In this document: piece after piece, positions 58,410 to 64,000 of the stretch
How the letters are laid out: each line of letters starts with the position of its first letter
Numbering within the stretch: position 1 is the stretch's first letter
Assembly (NCBI RefSeq): GCF_002280555.1
Contig: NZ_NCEE01000005.1
Location: forward strand, 55,019 to 119,018
DNA: 64,000 nucleotides
Source: Sphingomonas sp. 32-62-10
GTDB lineage: Bacteria > Pseudomonadota > Alphaproteobacteria > Sphingomonadales > Sphingomonadaceae
Reading direction: 5' to 3'
Notes under the pieces: model-generated
Databases searched by the model: none
The model's input: the letters and a program-made list of their open reading frames with translations, nothing else
What the model was told of the DNA's origin: nothing
Position numbers and translations under genes: made by a program

Positions 58410-59159
58410 CTATCGGCTTCTTGCCCAGGCAAAGGCAGTAGCCAGCTCCTCTTGGACATTATGATCATAGCATTTGCCGTGTGACAGGATGATCCGAGCC
58501 GGGTTCCAGGCCGCCATCTGGACGGCTGCCGCGCGGATCACAGCATGATGCTTCCGAGCCGCGTGGCGGACATCCATCGATGTGGTCCCGCGCGGCCCGG
58601 TTGCGCCGCCGATTTGGAGGACGAGTCGGTTGAAGCGCCTGCCGATCCGGCTCGCTTCAAAATTCTGCATCAGATCAGTGACGATCAATGTTCGCGCGTG
58701 GCGATGGAAGAATACGGCCTCTGTAAAGCTGCCTGCCCGTACCAGAAGCTGGTCGATCTCGCTTGCCCAGGCCATGGGCGCAGTATCGTCGAGCAGGCTG
58801 TGCGCCGGCAGCGTGACTGTCAGCTTTGGCGCAAGGTCGGGGGAGACATGACATGCGGCCTCGGGAAAAGCAGCTGCCCAGGCAGCGATGTGGCAATAAT
58901 GAAAGCTATTGGGGGCGACGATCCACGCCACCGTTCCAAGCGCTGCCACCTGCTCGCCGAGCGCGCCTGTATAGGCGGTCGGTGAGTGCAGCCACAGCTG
59001 GCCATCGGCCAGTTGAACGATCGTCATGCGGGTGGGGCAGGGGAGCGTCAGTCCGGCAAATCGATAGGCGACTTCCGGTCCATCGACAGTCCAGATCCTG
59101 TCGGCGATGCGCTGTGGGGTTAATTGCGGCTCATAGGGCCTGTAACCGGGGTCGCTCAT
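58410..59159 (-). CDS. DUF4336-like protein, last gene of the puh-acsF-hemA transcription unit
   Basis: 249-aa ORF with TRMTIVQLADGQLWLHSP...WIVAPNSFHY pattern. Lies 28 nt downstream of hemA on the same strand. Confidence 0.55.
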   Translation of the reverse strand: MSDPGYRPYEPQLTPQRIADRIWTVDGPEVAYRFAGLTLPCPTRMTIVQLADGQLWLHSPTAYTGALGEQVAALGTVAWIVAPNSFHYCHIAAWAAAFPEAACHVSPDLAPKLTVTLPAHSLLDDTAPMAWASEIDQLLVRAGSFTEAVFFHRHARTLIVTDLMQNFEASRIGRRFNRLVLQIGGATGPRGTTSMDVRHAARKHHAVIRAAAVQMAAWNPARIILSHGKCYDHNVQEELATAFAWARSR

Positions 59160-59187
59160 GCCAAAGCAACCCCGGCTCTAAAGTGGA

Positions 59188-60408
59188 TCAGGCAGCCATA
59201 GCGCGGCGAGCGAGTTCGCACTGCGACCAGATTTCGGAAAGCGCAGTCACCAGGCGATCGATATCACCATCGGTGTGTACGGGCGACGGGGTAATCCGCA
59301 GCCGCTCGGTGCCGACCGGTACAGTCGGATAGTTGATCGGCTGAACATAGATGCCATGCTTTTCAAGCAGCCAATCGCTGATCATTTTGCATTTGTGCGC
59401 ATCGCCCACCATCACCGGAATGATGTGGCTAGGGTTGTCGAGCGTTGGAATGCCGGTGGCGTCAAGACGACGGCGGACCTGCGCGACGCGCTCCTGGTGG
59501 CGATCGCGCTCGACCTGGCTTTCCTTCAGATGGCGGATGCTGGCGCAGGCACCAGCAGCAATCGCTGGCGGCAGCGCGGTGGAGAAGATGAATCCGCTGG
59601 CAAAGCTGCGGACGAAATCGCAGAGGTTCTTCGACGCAGCGATATAGCCGCCCATCACGCCGAACGCCTTGCCAAGTGTGCCCTCGATCACATCGATCCG
59701 GTCCATCAGGCCTTCGCGTTCGGCAATGCCGCCGCCGCGCGGACCGTAAAGGCCAACAGCGTGGACTTCATCGATGTATGACAGCGCGCCGTGCTTCTCG
59801 CAGACGTCGAGGATCTCGGCGATCGGGCCGATGTCGCCGTCCATCGAATAAACGCTCTCAAAGGCGACCAGCTTTGGCCGGCCGGGTTCGACCATGCTCA
59901 GCAGACGATCGAGATCGGCCGGGTCGCTGTGTTTGAAGCGGTGGCACTCGGCGCGGCTGTGGCGCATGCCTTCGATCATCGAGGCATGGTTCAGCGCGTC
60001 TGAAAAAATCACGCAATTCGGCAGTCGCGATGCGAGCGTTGAGAGCGCTGCCCAGTTCGAGACATAGCCCGAGGTGAACAGTAAGGCTGCTTCCTTGCCA
60101 TGCAGATCGGCAAGCTCATTTTCCAACTGCACGTGATGGTGATTAGTGCCGGAGATGTTGCGCGTGCCCCCCGCACCCGCACCACAGCTGTCCAGCGTTT
60201 CGTGCATCGCGGCCAGTACTTTGGGATGCTGGCCCATGCCCAGATAGTCGTTCGAGCACCAGACGGTAACGTCTTTCACCCCGTCTTCGGTGTAGTGCTT
60301 GGCGTGCGGGAAGGCACCAGCCTTGCGCTCCAGCTCAGCGAAGATGCGGTAACGGCCATCATCGCGCAGCGTGTCGAGCTCCGACTGGAAAAATGCCTCG
60401 TAATTCAT
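59188..60408 (-). CDS. hemA: 5-aminolevulinate synthase
   Basis: [23 protein letters not shown]...[13 protein letters not shown]...[10 protein letters not shown]...[11 protein letters not shown]-enzyme motifs. Confidence 0.95.
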   Translation of the reverse strand: MNYEAFFQSELDTLRDDGRYRIFAELERKAGAFPHAKHYTEDGVKDVTVWCSNDYLGMGQHPKVLAAMHETLDSCGAGAGGTRNISGTNHHHVQLENELADLHGKEAALLFTSGYVSNWAALSTLASRLPNCVIFSDALNHASMIEGMRHSRAECHRFKHSDPADLDRLLSMVEPGRPKLVAFESVYSMDGDIGPIAEILDVCEKHGALSYIDEVHAVGLYGPRGGGIAEREGLMDRIDVIEGTLGKAFGVMGGYIAASKNLCDFVRSFASGFIFSTALPPAIAAGACASIRHLKESQVERDRHQERVAQVRRRLDATGIPTLDNPSHIIPVMVGDAHKCKMISDWLLEKHGIYVQPINYPTVPVGTERLRITPSPVHTDGDIDRLVTALSEIWSQCELARRAMAA

Positions 60409-60429
60409 GAAACGACCCTCCCCGAAATT

Positions 60430-61221
60430 CTATTCGATTGTGGCGGCCTTCGCCGCGGTTGGCGGCGTCGGCTTAGACGCAGAAGCCCAGCGCCACATCT
60501 TCGCATCGCGAACCGGCAGGACCAGGAATATATGCTCCACAAGACCGAGCGCTGCAAGTCCGGCGAGCAAAGTCGCGGTAACAGCAGGCCCACTATTGGT
60601 AGCGGCAGCTTCAGCGCTCATCCACGCCGAAATGGCGACGGCGGCACAGCCCGCGACCGAAAAAGGATAAAGCATGCTGATCGATTTCGCGCCAAAATAA
60701 GTTTTCAGATACGCCAGATGCGCAGGAAAAATCTCGTCGCTTAAATTGGGCACGCCGAAAAACAGGTTCAATTTGGCACTGAGGCGCAGGCCGAACAGCA
60801 AGGCGAAGGTGAGCGGGGCAGCCTGATTGGGCTGGCCCCAAGTGATGGCGACGAGCACCAGCAGGTTGGTGGCGATCGCGATTTCGTGATGAATGACGGT
60901 TGATGTAGCCAGTTTGAAACGTTCCCAGCCCTCGGCGCCCGGCGGGCAGGGCGTGCGCAGCGGCCCTGCGACAAACCCCATCAGGAACCCCATTTCGTGC
61001 CAGCCCCAGATCAGGATCGCCGCAGCAAAGCCAACATAGGCACCTTCCCAGCTGGTATCGGCACCATAAGCGTACACCACGCCCATCGCGATCACCGCGA
61101 CCAGTCCGGCGATCCGGTGGCTGGTTTTGAAGGTGTGCTGCGGGCGGCTATCGAGCCAGACGACAGCGCCTGTCCCGATGAACCACATCAGCAATGCGAA
61201 AAAGAGTGGCGGAATTGTCAC
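60430..61221 (-). CDS. puhE: Photosynthetic complex assembly protein PuhE
   Basis: Polytopic 263-aa protein located between acsF and hemA, with N-terminus [22 protein letters not shown] overlap with acsF. Confidence 0.8.
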   Translation of the reverse strand: MTIPPLFFALLMWFIGTGAVVWLDSRPQHTFKTSHRIAGLVAVIAMGVVYAYGADTSWEGAYVGFAAAILIWGWHEMGFLMGFVAGPLRTPCPPGAEGWERFKLATSTVIHHEIAIATNLLVLVAITWGQPNQAAPLTFALLFGLRLSAKLNLFFGVPNLSDEIFPAHLAYLKTYFGAKSISMLYPFSVAGCAAVAISAWMSAEAAATNSGPAVTATLLAGLAALGLVEHIFLVLPVRDAKMWRWASASKPTPPTAAKAATIE

Positions 61222-62282
61222 CAGGCCGGCACCAGCCGAACATTGGCCGGCAACGCGTTCTTCTGCACCGGATGGACGTAGAGCCGCGCAAAGTTGACGC
61301 CTGCTATGGCGACATGCCCGATCTGCTTAATCTTGCCGATGATGCCGCCCTGCGCCTTTGCCGCGTCGATCGCCAATGCCGTTTTGCGCATCCGCTCCAA
61401 CCCGGCGCGGAAGGCCGGGCTGTCAGTGTCGAGCGTCATCGGGAACACCTGCTTGGTGATCTCCGAACAAACGCGGAAGACTTGGAAATCATAATCTTTG
61501 GGATCGATTCCCAGCGCCTTGTGGAATTGCGGGCGATTGTGGTCACGAACGTACATCGTCGCATAGACCGCCACGAGGAAGAAGCGGATCCAGAGCTTGT
61601 TGGCACCGGTCAGCAGCTTGGGATCGTTCCGCATCAGCAGCGCGAAGGCTTCGCCATGGCGGAACTCGTCGTTGCACCATTCCTCGAACCAATTGAAGAT
61701 CGGGTGGAAGCGCAGCTCGGGGTGGCGCGCAAGGTGCCGGAAGATCGTGATGTAGCGCGCATAACCGATCTTTTCGGACAGATAGGTCGCGTAGAAAATG
61801 AACTTTGGCCGGAAATAGGTGTATTTCTTGGTTTTGGTCAGGAAGCTCAGGTCCACGCCGATTCCGGCATCCTTCAGCGTATCGTTGATGAAACCGGCAT
61901 GGCGGCTTTCATCGCGACTCATCAGCCGGAACAGCTGCTTGATATCGGGGTTCTTCGCGCGCTTTTGGATTTCTGCATAAAGGATGCAGCCGGAGAATTC
62001 GGCCGTCAGCGAACTGACCAGGAAATCGATGAATTCTTCACGCAAGCCATCGGGCAGGCTTTCGATGACGCCGTCAAACTGGTTGGTTCGCTTGAAATGC
62101 AGCTTGTTGGGATCGGCCACCATTTCCGCGATCAGCTTGTCCCATTCGGCGCGCACAGGCGTAACGTCGATCTTGTCCATCGCGACATAATCGGTGGTGT
62201 AGAAACGCGGCGACAGCACGGTGTTTTCGCGCGCGATCGCCATCGTGTCGGGGGCGGCTTTGATGGGGGTAACGGCGTTCAT
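61218..62282 (-). CDS. acsF: Aerobic Mg-protoporphyrin IX monomethyl ester oxidative cyclase AcsF
   Basis: Di-iron ExxH motifs ([19 protein letters not shown]) and RFYTTD near the N-terminus. Confidence 0.95.
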   Translation of the reverse strand: MNAVTPIKAAPDTMAIARENTVLSPRFYTTDYVAMDKIDVTPVRAEWDKLIAEMVADPNKLHFKRTNQFDGVIESLPDGLREEFIDFLVSSLTAEFSGCILYAEIQKRAKNPDIKQLFRLMSRDESRHAGFINDTLKDAGIGVDLSFLTKTKKYTYFRPKFIFYATYLSEKIGYARYITIFRHLARHPELRFHPIFNWFEEWCNDEFRHGEAFALLMRNDPKLLTGANKLWIRFFLVAVYATMYVRDHNRPQFHKALGIDPKDYDFQVFRVCSEITKQVFPMTLDTDSPAFRAGLERMRKTALAIDAAKAQGGIIGKIKQIGHVAIAGVNFARLYVHPVQKNALPANVRLVPAW

Positions 62283-62575
62283 GCGGTCCTCCGCGGCAGG
62301 AAGCTGACTTCGTAGAGTTCGGTCATCTCGAAGTGACCGGCGAACTTCGTCCAGAGGCGTTCGAATGCGTTCGCGCGCTCTACCGTGGCAATACGGTCAA
62401 ACGTCGCACTTTCGCCAAAGCCGATCACGATCGGATCGCCGTGCACCAACACCTTGTCGCCAGGATGGATGGCGATGCCACCGTCCAGTTCGACATGGGC
62501 ATGGAAATGCTCATGGCTGTTTTCAATCTCGATCCGGCAGGGTGTATCGAACCGGGTACGCGAAAGGGAAATCAC
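62279..62575 (-). CDS. Small His-rich protein immediately upstream of acsF (BciE-like cyclase accessory candidate)
   Basis: 98-aa ORF with ATGA overlaps to both puhC and acsF. Contains a His cluster, [23 protein letters not shown]. Confidence 0.6.
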   Translation of the reverse strand: MISLSRTRFDTPCRIEIENSHEHFHAHVELDGGIAIHPGDKVLVHGDPIVIGFGESATFDRIATVERANAFERLWTKFAGHFEMTELYEVSFLPRRTA

Positions 62576-63060
62576 CGAGGAGTCTCCGGGCGGGTGAGGA
62601 GATCGTAGAACGTCGCCCGATTGGTCGTGCCGAACGCGTTGAGTTCAATTGAACGCCCCGTAACGGTATCCGTCAATGACAATTCACCATCTTTCCACAG
62701 CGTCAGATCGAACGGTGGCTTCGAATCGATACCCTGCATCCGCCGCTCGCGGGCCAGGCCGCGCATGACGCCGCGAATGAAGCCGCTGTTGGTGCCCGGC
62801 TCGAGCAGCAAGGCAGTGCCACCGGTGCCAACATCCTCAATGATCACGGCCCCGTCCGCCCGATCGCTGAACCGCAATTTGCGGGTTGCGACTGGCGCAA
62901 CCTTTGTGGCTTCGCGCATCAGGACCGGTGATGCGGATGGCGGGATCTGCGCGATGCGCGCGATGCTCGTCACCGTGATCGCCGATACCACTAGCAGGCC
63001 CGCCATCATCAGCGCGCCTTTGGGAACATCAACATGATGGGAATGCGGGGCACTGGTCAT
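62572..63060 (-). CDS. puhC: Photosynthetic complex assembly protein PuhC
   Basis: 162 aa with a single N-terminal TM (LMMAGLLVVSAITVTSI) and the conserved GFIRGVMRGLARER segment. ATGA overlap with puhB. Confidence 0.8.
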   Translation of the reverse strand: MTSAPHSHHVDVPKGALMMAGLLVVSAITVTSIARIAQIPPSASPVLMREATKVAPVATRKLRFSDRADGAVIIEDVGTGGTALLLEPGTNSGFIRGVMRGLARERRMQGIDSKPPFDLTLWKDGELSLTDTVTGRSIELNAFGTTNRATFYDLLTRPETPR

Positions 63061-63710
63061 GCGGCGACTGCCTGATCTTCCGCCTTGTTGCGGCGGGTTG
63101 CGGTTTCGATAGGAACCACGCGGCCGTCGGTCTGGATCGACAGACATGCGCGGGCGAGCAATGTGGCGACTGCATCAACATCGGGCACGGCGCGCAGCAT
63201 TGGCTGGGGTACGGTATAGTGCCAGGCGCGGGCATGTGGCCACAGCGCCGCATAGCCGAGCCGCTGTTCGCTGGTCAGCTTGATCGCGAGATCGCCGGTG
63301 CCGTGGGTGCGGTGGCGCAGATCAACATTGCCGATAATGTTGAGCGGCAGGTTGATGCATTTGGGCAGCGCCACGCCGAAACGCATCACAATGCGGCGAT
63401 CGGTTAGTGTGTAGATCGTCGACCGTGCAACCGCCCAGGCAAGCAGGTGGAGCAAGGCAACGCCAATCACGGCGCCCGCCACCGTGAGGCCGACCCCGGC
63501 AAGATCGGATGGCGCCTCAACCCCGCGCCATACCGCCGCACCCAGCGCGAACGCCGTCAGCGCCGCGAAATAGGCCGATACTGTCCCAGTATGAAACGCC
63601 GTCCGGGCCAAGACGCGCCAGTTTGGCGCGCCCTGCCAGATCATCGTCTCACCCTTGGGCAGGAAACCCGGCAGGCCGGGTACCGGCTCATTCTCATATT
63701 CCGTCATCAT
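63057..63710 (-). CDS. puhB: Photosynthetic complex assembly protein PuhB
   Basis: EPVPGLPGFLPKGETMIWQGAPNW N-terminus, TM helices and a bPH-like C-terminus. ATGA overlap with puhA. Confidence 0.8.
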   Translation of the reverse strand: MMTEYENEPVPGLPGFLPKGETMIWQGAPNWRVLARTAFHTGTVSAYFAALTAFALGAAVWRGVEAPSDLAGVGLTVAGAVIGVALLHLLAWAVARSTIYTLTDRRIVMRFGVALPKCINLPLNIIGNVDLRHRTHGTGDLAIKLTSEQRLGYAALWPHARAWHYTVPQPMLRAVPDVDAVATLLARACLSIQTDGRVVPIETATRRNKAEDQAVAA

Positions 63711-64000
63711 ATCAGCGGCTCCGAGCGGTCGGGCGTAGCATAGAGATAGCCGCCGCCGAAATAGGCCTGAACGCGCTCTTCTTCGTACATCGTGATGACG
63801 TCCGGGCTCTCGATGCCTGGCGCATCGGCGAACTGCGCGGCGGTGATAGCCGTGGTCGTTACCGACTGGCGTCCCCGGCTGATCGAGGACATGAACATCG
63901 GTAACAGCACCTGGCGACCGCCAGTGGTGTCGACCTGCAGATAGCGGATCAGGCGATCGGCCTTGTCGACCCACACATCGCTGACCGTGCCGGCCTTGCG
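63707..64000 (-). CDS. puhA: Reaction-centre H subunit PuhA, C-terminal part (5' end beyond the window)
   Basis: PRC-barrel C-terminal region (GTVSDVWVDKADRLIRYLQVD...). The reading frame stays open to the window edge. Confidence 0.8.
   Translation of the reverse strand, partial: RKAGTVSDVWVDKADRLIRYLQVDTTGGRQVLLPMFMSSISRGRQSVTTTAITAAQFADAPGIESPDVITMYEEERVQAYFGGGYLYATPDRSEPLI

Noticed and set aside
1-64000. Mobile elements, CRISPR arrays, rRNA/tRNA genes, and defence or toxin-antitoxin systems
   Set aside because: No transposase, integrase or Cas-like ORFs, no regularly spaced direct repeats and no cloverleaf-capable spacers were found by eye. The intergenic regions are mostly shorter than 150 bp.

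Overview
High-GC alphaproteobacterial chromosome segment; it looks Sphingomonadales-like, but the taxon cannot be verified from sequence alone. Positions 1-36.9 kb hold ordinary housekeeping and accessory genes. These include purL, an arsR-arsI-arsC-aqpS arsenic operon, accBC-aroQ, a fused thiS-thiG, a small catabolic cluster (TPP enzyme, aldehyde dehydrogenase, lactonase-like protein), scoAB, zeta/bolA/grxD, a BlaI/BlaR1-like pair, nadA, marR-emrAB and a PAS hybrid histidine kinase. Positions 36.9-41.8 kb carry a ccmCDEFGHI cytochrome c maturation operon. From 41.8 kb to the window end lies a large part of a photosynthesis gene cluster (PGC) of the aerobic anoxygenic phototroph type. Its order is tspO, bchIDO, crtC-crtD (minus strand), crtF-bchCXYZ-pufBALMC, then a convergent minus-strand operon puhA(partial)-puhB-puhC-bciE-like-acsF-puhE-hemA-DUF4336. 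I saw no rRNA, tRNA, CRISPR array, transposase or prophage genes. The most notable observations are as follows. (1) bchI appears to have an in-frame loss of the Walker B segment in an otherwise intact cluster. (2) Two unlisted small ORFs are coupled by ATGA overlaps inside the PGC, one after bchO and one bridging bchZ to pufB. (3) crtD and crtC share a long out-of-frame overlap. (4) TGT-N12-ACA (PpsR/CrtJ-type) palindromes sit in front of bchC and bchI. (5) A signal-peptide-bearing Cys-rich mini-protein follows thiSG. (6) There are two visibly low-GC islets. Start codons were refined by eye and all homology calls rest on remembered family motifs, because no searches were possible.
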